Assembly: GCA_964515545.1 (NCBI GenBank)
Contig: CAZERI010000001.1
Location: 269,553 to 333,552, forward strand
DNA from: an uncultured Gammaproteobacteria bacterium
GTDB lineage: Bacteria; Patescibacteriota; Microgenomatia; Levybacterales; UBA12049
Length of the DNA: 64,000 nucleotides
Direction of reading: 5' to 3'
The notes beneath the pieces are model-generated. The model ran no database searches, had not been told where the DNA came from, and worked only from the letters and a program-made list of their open reading frames with translations. Position 1 is the first letter of the stretch. Each line of letters starts with the position of its first letter. Shown in pieces: positions 8,348 through 18,444 of the stretch. The translations under genes were made by a program, and so were the position numbers.

Positions 8348-10107
8348 AACATGGAGTAGCTTTTGGAGACTCTATCCACACAGAAAAAATTAAAAGGCGT
8401 CATTTTTCTGAGAATGATCCTCCTTCTTCTATGCGTGGTAAAGTTCTTCTCATAGCGCTTCTTGTCGTAACCGTAACAATTTTTCTCAAAATTGTTTCTC
8501 TTCAGATAGTGCGGGGGGGTTACTACCGGACTCTTTCTGACTCTAATCGTACCAGGACGAGGATTATCTACGCTCCTCGAGGCGTTTTATTTGATCGTAA
8601 TAATATTCCTCTTGTTTATAATCAGCCAGGTTTTCGTCAAACCACCAATGACAAAACGATTATTATGGATCGAGAGAAGGCATTAGATCTTATTGCCAAA
8701 GGTGCTCAGAACATCTCAGTTGATTCTCTTAGGCAGTATCCCTTTAAAGATGCTTTTGCTCATGTTCTTGGCTATGTAGGACAGATCACCAAAGAAGAAC
8801 ACGATTCACCAGAGTATAAAGATTATTTAGCAACAGATCTTATTGGTAAGACTGGCATTGAGTATGAATATGAGAAGCTTCTCCGAGGTACTAATGGCAA
8901 ACAGCTCATAGAGGTAGATGCTACAGGAAAAGAAGTCCGGGTTCTTGGCCAGACTGATCCTATTTCGGGGCAGGATCTCCATCTAACCTTAGATAGCAAG
9001 TTGCAGCAGGCCGTATATACAGCGATGAAAGACGTTGCTAAAGGCGCAGCGATTGTCTCATCCCCCCAAGGAGATATCCTTTCGATTATCTCAAAGCCGT
9101 CGTTTGATCCTAATCTCTTTACTTTGGGTTCATCCTATACCGCTACTAATACAGCATATAAATCAGTAGCCTCGATTTTAACGGGTAATGATCAGCCACT
9201 CTTGGATAGAGCCATCAGCGGAACCTACCCTCCCGGGTCTACGTTTAAAGTTGTGATGGCAGCAGGTGCCTTACAAAGTAAGAAGATTGATGAGTCTTAT
9301 GAGGTAAATGATCAAGGTAAAATTCAAATTGGTCCGTATTCCTACTCCAACTGGTATTACACAGATTATGGCAGAACAGAAGGAAAGGTAAATGTCACTC
9401 GCGGATTAGCTCGTTCCAATGACATCTTTTTTTATGAGCTCGCTGCGAAGATGGGACTTTCTACCCTCGTTTCCAGCGCGTCTCAAATGGGAGTGGGTAA
9501 GGTCTCAGGTATTGATCTGCCAGGTGAGGCAGCCGGAGTGCTCCCTGATGAAGGCTGGAAGAAAAAAAATATTGGGGAAGATTGGTATTTAGGAGATACC
9601 TATATCTATGGTATTGGCCAGGGATATTTACTGACTACACCTCTCCAGGTAAATCTCTGGACACAGATCGTAGCGAATGGAGGAGATTTATATAAACCAC
9701 ATGTGCTTAAAATGGATGATCATCCCATCAAGACTGATATCCTCTCCTCAGCAACAGTAAATTCCGTCCGCGAAGGTATGATCGGAGCGTGTAATGATGG
9801 CGGTACAGCCTGGCCGATTTTTAATTTCAAAGTTAAAAATCCTAGACTCGTAATAGACAATAAAAATATCACAGCTGCTGCCTCAAGCAGTTCGGATATG
9901 CGTCATGTAGTTGTCGCCTGCAAGACAGGTACTGCCCAGCATGGAGGAGAGGAGACGCCCCCTCATGCCTGGATTACGCTCTTTGCACCAGCATATAACC
10001 CAGAAATTGTAGTAACAGTTCTTAAAGAAGACTCAGGTGAAGGTTCAAATGAAGCAGGTCCAATTGCAAAAAGTATTTTGGAGGCGTACTTCACTGAGAA
10101 AAAATAG
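8344..10107 (+). CDS. mrdA: Penicillin-binding protein 2 (peptidoglycan D,D-transpeptidase, elongasome)
   Basis: N-terminal TM anchor, SGTYPPGSTFK (the SxxK active site), an SxN-type motif, and KTGTAQ (the KTG motif). Its 4-nt overlap with mreD (8344-8347) suggests translational coupling. Confidence 0.85.
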   Translation: MKHGVAFGDSIHTEKIKRRHFSENDPPSSMRGKVLLIALLVVTVTIFLKIVSLQIVRGGYYRTLSDSNRTRTRIIYAPRGVLFDRNNIPLVYNQPGFRQTTNDKTIIMDREKALDLIAKGAQNISVDSLRQYPFKDAFAHVLGYVGQITKEEHDSPEYKDYLATDLIGKTGIEYEYEKLLRGTNGKQLIEVDATGKEVRVLGQTDPISGQDLHLTLDSKLQQAVYTAMKDVAKGAAIVSSPQGDILSIISKPSFDPNLFTLGSSYTATNTAYKSVASILTGNDQPLLDRAISGTYPPGSTFKVVMAAGALQSKKIDESYEVNDQGKIQIGPYSYSNWYYTDYGRTEGKVNVTRGLARSNDIFFYELAAKMGLSTLVSSASQMGVGKVSGIDLPGEAAGVLPDEGWKKKNIGEDWYLGDTYIYGIGQGYLLTTPLQVNLWTQIVANGGDLYKPHVLKMDDHPIKTDILSSATVNSVREGMIGACNDGGTAWPIFNFKVKNPRLVIDNKNITAAASSSSDMRHVVVACKTGTAQHGGEETPPHAWITLFAPAYNPEIVVTVLKEDSGEGSNEAGPIAKSILEAYFTEKK

Positions 10108-10501
10108 TAATTCCTACTAGAATATAAATAGTGTTCGTTTATTTTATTTTTGCTCCAGATATTAGACGATAAGCTTTTACCAATTATCCTTACGTTAAGT
10201 CCCCAATGCCTTACTTTATCCCCATACTATTCTTCATTAAAACGTATTCATTTAGCCTTATAATGCTGAGCTTTAGATCCTCAAAATATCATATAGTACA
10301 TTCTAGCCATTCTAGAGAATAATACATAGCTTCAGGAGTACATAATTATGCAAATTAATACTTGCCGTTATAACAAATATAAAATTTATATATGGATATT
10401 TTTATTATCCAGTCATTTTGATGACTTTTTGATACTCAAACAAGAGATGGCAAGAGATCTATCATCTATGTACTATATAGTTAAGGTAAAGGTCCTGTTA
10501 T

Positions 10502-11581
10502 ATGGAAGAGCGTATCTATTGGCTAGGGTTTTCTCTATGTCCCGGCGTTGGCCCAAAGCGATTTAGCCAATTGCTCAGTTCTTTCGGTACAGCTAAAGAA
10601 GCCTGGTCTGCCTCACTTCCCGAGATTGCTGAAGTTATCGGACATACCTACACTAAGAAAATAGGAGATTTTAGATCCACCTGTGATCTTAAGCGTTGTG
10701 TTGAAGAGTTAGATGGAAAGGATGTTTGGTTTGTTTCACTTATTGATTCTCATTATCCAGAGCTTCTAAAAAGCAGCCACAATCCACCCTTTGTGTTATT
10801 TGGTAGAGGAAATAAAGAAGTTCTTTCTCTACCGCAAAAGATAGGCATTGTAGGTACTCGGAGAATAACAAGTTATGGCCGTCAGGTAACGGAAATGATT
10901 ACCAGTGATTTGGTAAGGAATAATTTTTGTATAGTTTCAGGCTTAGCCTTAGGAGTTGATAGTGTTGCCCATGCGACAACTGTTGAAAATAATGGTAAAA
11001 CAATCGCAGTTCTTGGCTGTGGAGTTGATTGTTGTAATCCTTTGAGTAATCAAAATTTGTATAACAGGATTCTAGAGAATGGCAGCTGTATCATCTCTGA
11101 ATTTCCTTTAAGCCAGCCACCGACAACGGGATCTTTTCCGTCACGAAATCGGATTATTGCCGGAATATCTCAGGCTGTAGTTGTTACTGAAGGGGCGCTT
11201 GATAGTGGTGCATTAATTACTGCTCGTGACGCATTTAAAGATGGAAGGAAAGTGTTTGCTGTCCCTGGGCAGATCATGTCTCAACTATCAAAAGGACCGA
11301 ATGAGCTCCTTAAGGAAGGTGCTACAGTAATCACTAGCGGAGAGGATATTCTTAAGCATTTAGGTATTACTGGCAGAAAAGTGAGGGGAAATAAGAATGT
11401 ATTAGGTGATACTAAAGAGGAACAACTCATTAGTAATTTCCTTATGGATGAAGGACTATCGTTTGATGGATTAAGACAAAAAAGCGGAATTGAAACAGCT
11501 GTATTAAATACACTTCTATCCCTCATGGAGATGAAAGGTTATATCAGACTCTCAGATACAGGAGACTACGTCCTTATTTAA
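10502..11581 (+). CDS. dprA: DNA processing protein DprA (Smf)
   Basis: N-terminal SAM-like WLGFSLCPGVGPKRFSQLL. The Rossmann core IVGTRRITSYGRQVT...IVSGLALGVDSVAHATT...AVLGCGVD is present. The C-terminal winged helix is present. Confidence 0.85.
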   Translation: MEERIYWLGFSLCPGVGPKRFSQLLSSFGTAKEAWSASLPEIAEVIGHTYTKKIGDFRSTCDLKRCVEELDGKDVWFVSLIDSHYPELLKSSHNPPFVLFGRGNKEVLSLPQKIGIVGTRRITSYGRQVTEMITSDLVRNNFCIVSGLALGVDSVAHATTVENNGKTIAVLGCGVDCCNPLSNQNLYNRILENGSCIISEFPLSQPPTTGSFPSRNRIIAGISQAVVVTEGALDSGALITARDAFKDGRKVFAVPGQIMSQLSKGPNELLKEGATVITSGEDILKHLGITGRKVRGNKNVLGDTKEEQLISNFLMDEGLSFDGLRQKSGIETAVLNTLLSLMEMKGYIRLSDTGDYVLI

Positions 11582-13169
11582 TAAGATCGATTTGCTCTTG
11601 AGGTAGTTCTTCAGGGACTTGTTCATAAGGAATTCGAGGCGTGCGTTTGCCTGCTGTAAGAATGTGGGAGATTAAAAGGCGAGCCTTGTCCTGCTGATCT
11701 AAAGGAAGGTAGGAGGTGATGAGGTGTTCAGGGTCGATACTATTTTTAGCGATAATTTCTTTATAGAGATGTGAGCTCTCACGTAAGTGTCTTTCATGGT
11801 TGTGAGCGTTATAACCGATCAGTCCGAAGTGTCTGGTATAGCCATAAAGCCACTCCAAATTATCAATTGTTGACCAATAGTTATAGCCTAGGATAGGTAT
11901 TTTTTCATCCATTGCTTTCCATAAAGCGACTAAATGAGTAAGGATATAAAAAGCGCGATACTTATCGCGTACATCTGCTATACCATTTTCTGTAATAAGA
12001 ATAGGTTTGTGATATGAGGAATAGAGATTGCGGAGAAGAGAAAGGAAAAAATCCGGTACGATAGGCCACCCCATGTCTGAAACATATGCACCCGGACGCT
12101 TGGTCTGTCCAAGAAGGACTGTTTTGGGAATACCAGCTGAGTCTTTTCTATTGGTGAGTTTGAATTTAAAGGGATTGAGATCCAAATAGTAACCCGTGTA
12201 GTAATTGCAGCCAATAAAATCCATATGGTTAATTGTATTAACGATCCAGTTTGTCGCATTCACATAATCGACTATGTAGGTATACCGTCTCTCAAATGGA
12301 TCATGCTCATTTTCTGGGCGATACCAGACAAGAGCGTAGGCTATCCCGACAAGCGAGTCTTTATTGCGACTTTTAATGAGATGGTAAGCTCTCCTATGTG
12401 CAGCAATCATGTTACTTCGTGCTTTAAGACCTGCTATTAGGCTACCCCCTTGAGGAGGAAAGAAGTTAGTTACATAGCCAGATATGGTAAGTCCATTAGG
12501 CTCATTAAGGGTAATCCATTGTGGGATATCAGGAAGGAAAGAGAGGACATACTCAACATATTTTTCAAATTCAGTAACAGTTATTTTATTTGTCCAGGAT
12601 CCATTCTCTGAAATCCATTGAGGAAGAGTAAAGTGATTAAGTGTAACAAGAGGAGTCATATCTCTACTTTTTGCAAATTCGATAAGCTCTTTGTACTTAA
12701 GAACAGCTTCCGAGTTAAATACACCTGGCTGAGGTTCAATTCGTGCCCATTCTAAGCTCAAGCGAAGGGAATTAGTCCCAATTTTTGCCATGGTATCAAT
12801 ATCTCTTTTCGCTTTTGATAAGTCCCACCAATCTGGGCCAAATTCACCAGGGGTAATAATATGTTTCTTAGGATTGTTATGAATAAATGCATCCCAATCG
12901 GTGTAACGAGTGGGATCAGGGTTTTCGACCTGAAATGACGAGACTGAAGAACCGAAAGAAAAATGTGCGGGAAAGGCAAGTCTTTCAGTTATATGATGCT
13001 CCACCCAACCATAATAATAGATGTGCTCTATATTGTCACTAGTTTTGTTTGACTTGACACGACCTGTATAATGAAGACTACAATTTGAAGATACCTGATC
13101 GGCCCAAGGTATCTTTCTTTTTTGGCAATATGAAAAATTTAGTAATTGTTGAATCACCCACGAAAGCAC
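11574..13169 (-). CDS. Glycoside hydrolase family 1 (beta-glucosidase-like)
   Basis: LRLSLEWARIEP (the GH1 N-terminal signature), TLNEP (acid/base Glu) and ITENG (nucleophile Glu) are present. The annotated ATG start gives a ~70-aa N-terminal extension that overlaps the topA start, so the true start may be internal or non-ATG. Confidence 0.8.
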   Translation of the reverse strand: MLSWVIQQLLNFSYCQKRKIPWADQVSSNCSLHYTGRVKSNKTSDNIEHIYYYGWVEHHITERLAFPAHFSFGSSVSSFQVENPDPTRYTDWDAFIHNNPKKHIITPGEFGPDWWDLSKAKRDIDTMAKIGTNSLRLSLEWARIEPQPGVFNSEAVLKYKELIEFAKSRDMTPLVTLNHFTLPQWISENGSWTNKITVTEFEKYVEYVLSFLPDIPQWITLNEPNGLTISGYVTNFFPPQGGSLIAGLKARSNMIAAHRRAYHLIKSRNKDSLVGIAYALVWYRPENEHDPFERRYTYIVDYVNATNWIVNTINHMDFIGCNYYTGYYLDLNPFKFKLTNRKDSAGIPKTVLLGQTKRPGAYVSDMGWPIVPDFFLSLLRNLYSSYHKPILITENGIADVRDKYRAFYILTHLVALWKAMDEKIPILGYNYWSTIDNLEWLYGYTRHFGLIGYNAHNHERHLRESSHLYKEIIAKNSIDPEHLITSYLPLDQQDKARLLISHILTAGKRTPRIPYEQVPEELPQEQIDLIK

Positions 13170-15145
13170 GTACTATTAGTAAATACTTAGGCGATGACTA
13201 TCTCATCAAGTACTCAATGGGGCATATCATGGATTTGCCTAAAAGTACTCTTGGCGTTGATATCGAGCATGATTTCAAGCCGGAGCTAGATGTCATTTCG
13301 GATAAGAAAAAGCTCATTAGCGAATTAAAGTCTGCTGCTAAAGGTGCAGAACGGATAATCCTTGCCACAGACCCTGATCGTGAAGGAGAGGCTATCGCTG
13401 CCAATATCAAAGAAGTCCTTGCTCAAAATCAAAAATCAAAAATCAAAAATCAACAATTTGTCAGGATTGTTTTTCATGAAATTACGAAAGAGGCTATCCA
13501 GGAAGCAGTCGAAAATCCGCGTGATGTGGATTATCATTTAGTCGATGCTCAGACAGCGCGACGAGTACTTGATCGATTGGTCGGTTATAAATTATCTCCG
13601 CTGTTGTGGCAAAAAGTTCGCCGAGGCTTATCAGCTGGAAGAGTACAAAGTATTGCACTACGGCTTATTGCAGAACGAGAACGAGAGATTGAAAAGTTCA
13701 ATAAAGAGCCCTACTGGAGTCTGCATGCAATTTTACAAAAAACAGCTCACGATACTGGAGTAGAATTTGAGCTCGTAATGATTGAGGGTAAGAAAGTAGA
13801 AGCCCAAGAGTCTTTTGATCTCTATGATGGCAAGTACACTATTTCTAAGACTAGTATTGATACAGCCGAAAAAGCTTATAAAATCGAAAAAGACATCGCA
13901 TTATGCCAGTTTATCGTTGCGGAAGTTAATGAAAAGCAGGCAAAAAGAAGTCCCTACGCACCATTTACTACCTCGACTCTTCAGCAGGATGCATCCCGTC
14001 GCTTTGGCTATTCAGGTAAAAGGACCATGAGTTTGGCGCAAAAACTTTATGAGGAAGGATTTATTACCTATCATAGAACTGACTCTACAGCACTTTCGCC
14101 AGTTGCTATTAAGCAGATGCGTGATTTTATTCAGAAAGAATATGGTGAGAAGTATGTTCCAGAAAAGCCCCGTTTGTATTTAGCCAAACAGAAATCAGCA
14201 CAAGAAGCTCATGAGGCAATCCGTCCGACGAATATAGGAAGAAATTCAGAACAAGTTGCCAGGGATTTAGATAAAGACTGTGCTAAGCTTTATGATCTCA
14301 TCTGGCGACGGGCAGTCGCATCCCAGATGGCAGATGCGCTTATCCAGTCCACAACTGTCTTTGCAGACAGCACCCCTCATACGACCTATCGCATGAAAGC
14401 AACAGGTTCTGTCCTTGTCTTTGATGGATTTCTCAAACTTAATCCTCAAGCACTTCAAGATACCCAGCTACCGCAATTTGTTTCTGGGGAAGACTTACTT
14501 ACTAAAAAAGTATTTGCCACCGAGCATGAAACTCCGGCTCCTCCTCGCTATAACGATGCTTCAATTATCGCAACCCTTGAGGAGAAGGGGATCGGTCGTC
14601 CCTCCACCTACGCTTCAATCATTTCGACTCTTGTTGACCGCTCCTATGTAGAAAGAGTGGATAAAAGGTTTACGGCCACTCCGGTAGGAATAGCCGTAAA
14701 TAACTTCCTGGTTAAAAACTTTGAGAATATTGATGATATCCCATTTACCGCTGAAATGGAGGATGAGTTAGATCAAATTGCCTCAGGAGAGAAGAACTGG
14801 GTGGCTATGATGAAGGATTTCTATACTCCTTTTTCTCAAAAGCTTATCGATGTGAAGGGGGCAGAAAGGGTTAAGATAGAGACTGAGAAAACAGGAGAGA
14901 AATGTCCGGAGTGTGGCTCTGATCTAGTAATCAGGACAGGCAAATTCGGGAGATTTATCTCTTGCAGTAACTTTCCTGAGTGCAAATTTACGAAACCATT
15001 TGTTGAAGAAACTCAGTTAACGTGTCCTAAAGACGGGGGGAAGATAGTTGTCAAAAAGACTCGTAAAGGTCGAAAATTCTTCGGCTGCTCTAATTATCCT
15101 AACTGCACCTTCGCTGCATGGAAAATAGAGGATATAAAGAAATAG
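13130..15145 (+). CDS. topA: DNA topoisomerase I
   Basis: Toprim begins LVIVESPTKARTISKYLG and the DPDREGE acidic motif is present. The C-terminal Zn-ribbons are CPECGSDL...CSNFPECKF and CPKDGG...CSNYPNC. The start was moved to the ATG at 13130 (MKNLVIVESP) rather than the extended ORF at 13085. Confidence 0.9.
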   Translation: MKNLVIVESPTKARTISKYLGDDYLIKYSMGHIMDLPKSTLGVDIEHDFKPELDVISDKKKLISELKSAAKGAERIILATDPDREGEAIAANIKEVLAQNQKSKIKNQQFVRIVFHEITKEAIQEAVENPRDVDYHLVDAQTARRVLDRLVGYKLSPLLWQKVRRGLSAGRVQSIALRLIAEREREIEKFNKEPYWSLHAILQKTAHDTGVEFELVMIEGKKVEAQESFDLYDGKYTISKTSIDTAEKAYKIEKDIALCQFIVAEVNEKQAKRSPYAPFTTSTLQQDASRRFGYSGKRTMSLAQKLYEEGFITYHRTDSTALSPVAIKQMRDFIQKEYGEKYVPEKPRLYLAKQKSAQEAHEAIRPTNIGRNSEQVARDLDKDCAKLYDLIWRRAVASQMADALIQSTTVFADSTPHTTYRMKATGSVLVFDGFLKLNPQALQDTQLPQFVSGEDLLTKKVFATEHETPAPPRYNDASIIATLEEKGIGRPSTYASIISTLVDRSYVERVDKRFTATPVGIAVNNFLVKNFENIDDIPFTAEMEDELDQIASGEKNWVAMMKDFYTPFSQKLIDVKGAERVKIETEKTGEKCPECGSDLVIRTGKFGRFISCSNFPECKFTKPFVEETQLTCPKDGGKIVVKKTRKGRKFFGCSNYPNCTFAAWKIEDIKK

Positions 15146-15215
15146 TACTTAGTAGTTAGCATAAGGTATATAGGTTTAATGAAATTGCTACATACGAGAT
15201 ACCATTTACCAAATA

Positions 15216-15947
15216 CTAATTAGGACAGGCTGCAAATTCGCAGTTAGGTCCGCTTCTACCCACAGAGCTACCATCAGGGCAAAGTTTGGCCTCTAGTGTA
15301 CACATCCTTCCTTGAGTTTTCTGAGACGGGCTCGGAGTAATTGCCTTAGGACTAAGAGTATTAAGGATGAGTTCTGCCTGCTCTGAGAATCCAGGTAAAA
15401 TGACATCAAAGGTTAATTGATAATAGGTATTGTTAATTTTAAATTGATCTTCACGCCTGCTACAGCGATAAGAACAGTGGATTGTATATTCCATAATATC
15501 GATTCCATTAATCAGTCTTCCTTGCTGATCATCAACAGCAAAAGCAGGATCATTAGCAGTATTACTAGGAGGAGGAAAAGGAGTCGTCGTCTGTGTCTTT
15601 AAGGTAATTGCATTCGGCATATAAGACCCATCAGGGAGCTTTGCCCGCCACGTCATCGCCCCGCTTGATGCAACATCTACGCTAAATGTATCTGAGTAGA
15701 AAAATGAGATATTATCATCTGAGTACTCTTTAGGGTTGTGGAGAGTAAGTTTTTTATTTTTGGAAGTGCTTGGAGGAGTCGGAACTTTAGGAGGAGGAGT
15801 ATGCCGAGTATTCAAAAGGAAGAAGTAGCTTAGTAATGCAAAGATTGCCACGATACCAAAAATGATAAGCATGGTAATAATTCTTACCGAGCCTCGAGGG
15901 GATATGATCATAGATAAAGTATCCCAATCAAAGAGCTTGATTGTCAA
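15216..15947 (-). CDS. Hypothetical membrane-anchored protein (N-terminal TM, Pro-rich linker, Cys-rich C-terminal domain)
   Basis: ORF with an N-terminal hydrophobic helix. No recognisable family. Confidence 0.4.
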   Translation of the reverse strand: MTIKLFDWDTLSMIISPRGSVRIITMLIIFGIVAIFALLSYFFLLNTRHTPPPKVPTPPSTSKNKKLTLHNPKEYSDDNISFFYSDTFSVDVASSGAMTWRAKLPDGSYMPNAITLKTQTTTPFPPPSNTANDPAFAVDDQQGRLINGIDIMEYTIHCSYRCSRREDQFKINNTYYQLTFDVILPGFSEQAELILNTLSPKAITPSPSQKTQGRMCTLEAKLCPDGSSVGRSGPNCEFAACPN

Positions 15948-15970
15948 GAAATAGCTGATAGCTAGAATGC

Positions 15971-17002
15971 TTGAGTATTGACAACCATCTCAAACCGTTC
16001 CACAATCAAGGTATGAGACGTTTGGCATCAGTCATAGCTACTGCACTCCTTCTGTCAACGTGTGTTCCGGCGGTAGCATTCGTTGATAAAGAAGTACCTG
16101 GTACTTCAGCCAATATTTCTGATGTTGTTTTTCCTCCTATAACTGCAGGCCCTGGACATATTTTGCCTGATAATCCTTTTTATTTTCTTGATAAGCTATA
16201 TCAAGAATTTCGATTAGTACTGGTTTTTACTCCTGAGAATCGGGCAGAGCTTCATACACAAATTGCTCAGGAACGTCTAGCTGAGCTACGTGTTGAAGCA
16301 GCTCGCAACAATCAGCAGGGGGTAGATAAAGCGTTACTTGAGTTAGAGCATGAGGCTATGGCTGGAGCTCAGGATATACGGGATGCTGCATCACAAGGAA
16401 AAGAAGTTACTCAACTTGCTCGTAATATTCATCAGGCACTTACTGATTATCGAAGTGCCGTAGAGATAGTTGAGGCGCAAGTTCCTGATACGGCTTTCGC
16501 CCAGAAGCTAGCTGCTACATCTGATGTATTGCGGGATGCTCGGGTTATATCAGAAGATGCCCTGCCTCAAAGTGATATTGAGCATGAGATAGCTGCCAAT
16601 ATAGATACAGAAGTAGATGAGGCTGTTCTGGGGCTTAAGACATCAGTTGATGCATTGCAGAAAAAGATGTCTATCCAGGACCGGTTAGCCAGTAAGGCTG
16701 CAGAGAGAGCAGCCCAAAAAGAAAAGGAAGCGAACATCAGACAGACTGCTAAGGATAGTCAGGCATCTCTGAGAGCAGCGCGAAAGAAAGCAATTCAGGA
16801 TTACTTAGCAAAAGTTGATGCATTGAGAAAGCAGCGTGAAGCAGAGCTTACGACACTAAAACAAACGATCAAAGATCTCCAAAACCAACTAAAACAAATT
16901 GAGCAGCAAGAAAAAACCGACCTTAAGAACATACGAACAGGCATAACTCCTCCACCAAAAGTATCTATTTCCCCTAAACCTACGATAACTCCACAGCCTT
17001 AA
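15971..17002 (+). CDS. Hypothetical secreted coiled-coil protein
   Basis: N-terminal signal-like segment (LLLSTCVPAVAF). Long helical A/E/Q/K-rich region with a KQ-rich tail. No catalytic motif. Confidence 0.4.
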   Translation: MSIDNHLKPFHNQGMRRLASVIATALLLSTCVPAVAFVDKEVPGTSANISDVVFPPITAGPGHILPDNPFYFLDKLYQEFRLVLVFTPENRAELHTQIAQERLAELRVEAARNNQQGVDKALLELEHEAMAGAQDIRDAASQGKEVTQLARNIHQALTDYRSAVEIVEAQVPDTAFAQKLAATSDVLRDARVISEDALPQSDIEHEIAANIDTEVDEAVLGLKTSVDALQKKMSIQDRLASKAAERAAQKEKEANIRQTAKDSQASLRAARKKAIQDYLAKVDALRKQREAELTTLKQTIKDLQNQLKQIEQQEKTDLKNIRTGITPPPKVSISPKPTITPQP

Positions 17003-17024
17003 GAGTGGTGTATAATATGCATCT

Positions 17025-17567
17025 ATGGTCAAACTAGGTGCAGCAGAACTACGAACAACTGTCCCGGATCACGAGCAAATACAATCTGTTAAAAAAAATC
17101 CGGTCTATATCATTATTGATAATGTTTTGGACACCTATAATATTGGAGCTATTTTTCGTTTGGCTGATGCGGTAGCAGCAGAGAAAGTGTTTATCTGCGG
17201 AGCCTCGGAGACCCCTCCTCACACCAGAATTAAAAAAGCCTCGATTAATACGACAGAGTGGGTAGAGTGGGAGTATTTCCGTTCAGCTAAAGACGCAATT
17301 GAGTTCTTACGACAAGACGTTCCTGGGATAAAGATTTATTCAGTGGAACTTGATAAAAGAAGTGTGCCTTATGATAGTGTGGACTACATTTTCCCTACTG
17401 CTCTTATCGTAGGGCATGAATCAGATGGTGTGTCAGAGGAAGCAATGAGGGCATCGGATGGGATTGTCGAGATACCTATGTGGGGAGTGAATAAATCCAT
17501 GAATGTCATGGTAAGTCTGGCTATCGTCCTCTTTGAAGTAATGAAGCACTACCGCGAACAAGCCTAA
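17025..17567 (+). CDS. SpoU/TrmH-family RNA 2'-O-methyltransferase (SPOUT)
   Basis: Motifs IIIDNVLDTYNIGAIFRLADA, LIVGHESDGVS and IPMWG..SMNVMVSLAIV match SPOUT motifs 1-3. Confidence 0.75.
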   Translation: MVKLGAAELRTTVPDHEQIQSVKKNPVYIIIDNVLDTYNIGAIFRLADAVAAEKVFICGASETPPHTRIKKASINTTEWVEWEYFRSAKDAIEFLRQDVPGIKIYSVELDKRSVPYDSVDYIFPTALIVGHESDGVSEEAMRASDGIVEIPMWGVNKSMNVMVSLAIVLFEVMKHYREQA

Positions 17568-17606
17568 CCTCTTGCATAGATTGAACCCTTTTGCTACCTT
17601 ACAAGT

Positions 17607-17840
17607 ATGAGCTCTCCAGAGAAAGAAGGCTTTCTCCATTTTGATCCGGGAGGAGATGACGGGTTACTAGATATTCACCAAACTCAGCCAGTGGATATCA
17701 AACAACTGGAGAAAAATGGCATTACGATTATTGATTTTGACAATCCGCCTGAGGGGATAGTCCTCCTTGGTAAGCCATTTCCTGCAGACTCACTCTGGAG
17801 GAATATGAGTGAACGTCCTCTTCCTCGTAAGCCTCGCTGA
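17607..17840 (+). CDS. Hypothetical small protein
   Basis: 77-aa ORF between two confidently called genes, with no similarity recognised. Confidence 0.25.
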   Translation: MSSPEKEGFLHFDPGGDDGLLDIHQTQPVDIKQLEKNGITIIDFDNPPEGIVLLGKPFPADSLWRNMSERPLPRKPR

Positions 17841-17862
17841 ATCACTGGTAATTATCTTCTAA

Positions 17863-18444
17863 TTGTGTAGAATAGAAAACGTGACTAAGCAGCAACAGCT
17901 CGATCAAATTGCTTCTCAAATTGAAAATTGTAAGATCTGTAAAAAGGATAAAATTGGTGTTGCGGTACCTGGGGAAGGCAATCCAGATGCGGATATCGTT
18001 TTTATTGGTGAGGCTCCTGGCAAGCAAGAAGCCAAATCAGGTAGACCTTTCATCGGACGATCAGGACAGCTTCTCCGCAGTATGATCCGAGAGATAGGTC
18101 TAGATGATGAGAAAGATGTGTATATCACAAGTCCTGTTAAATATCTTCCGGTCCGTGGAACGCCGTCAAGTGAAGAGATAGCACATGGAAGAGTTCATTT
18201 AGAAAAGCAGCTGGAGATTATCCAGCCCACATTTGTGGTTTTGCTGGGCAGAGTAGCAGCCGAAGGAGTGTTGCAGAAAAAAGTTTACGTGACAAAAGAG
18301 CGGGGAGAAGTGATAGAGGAAAAAGACGGCATTAAGTATTTTTTAACGTATCATCCAGCAGCTGTTCTACGCTTTCCTTCAAAATTTAAAGCAGGTATGC
18401 TTGAGGATTTTAAGAAGGTTAAAAATTTAATAGCTAAGTCTTAA
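17863..18444 (+). CDS. Uracil-DNA glycosylase, family 4 (Fe-S type)
   Basis: CxxC at the N-terminus (CKICKK), then GEAPGKQEAKSGRPFIGRSGQLL, the family-4 UDG motif A. YHPAAVLR is motif B. Confidence 0.8.
   Translation: MCRIENVTKQQQLDQIASQIENCKICKKDKIGVAVPGEGNPDADIVFIGEAPGKQEAKSGRPFIGRSGQLLRSMIREIGLDDEKDVYITSPVKYLPVRGTPSSEEIAHGRVHLEKQLEIIQPTFVVLLGRVAAEGVLQKKVYVTKERGEVIEEKDGIKYFLTYHPAAVLRFPSKFKAGMLEDFKKVKNLIAKS

Noticed and set aside
10348-10566. 72-aa ORF in the mrdA-dprA intergenic region
   Set aside because: AT-rich low-complexity translation (IYIWIFLLSSHF...). It overlaps the dprA start and its upstream region. Likely spurious.
13085-13169. topA extended start at 13085 overlapping the GH1 gene on the opposite strand
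   Set aside because: The conserved Toprim N-terminus begins at the ATG at 13130 (MKNLVIVESP). The upstream 15 codons are not TopA-like.
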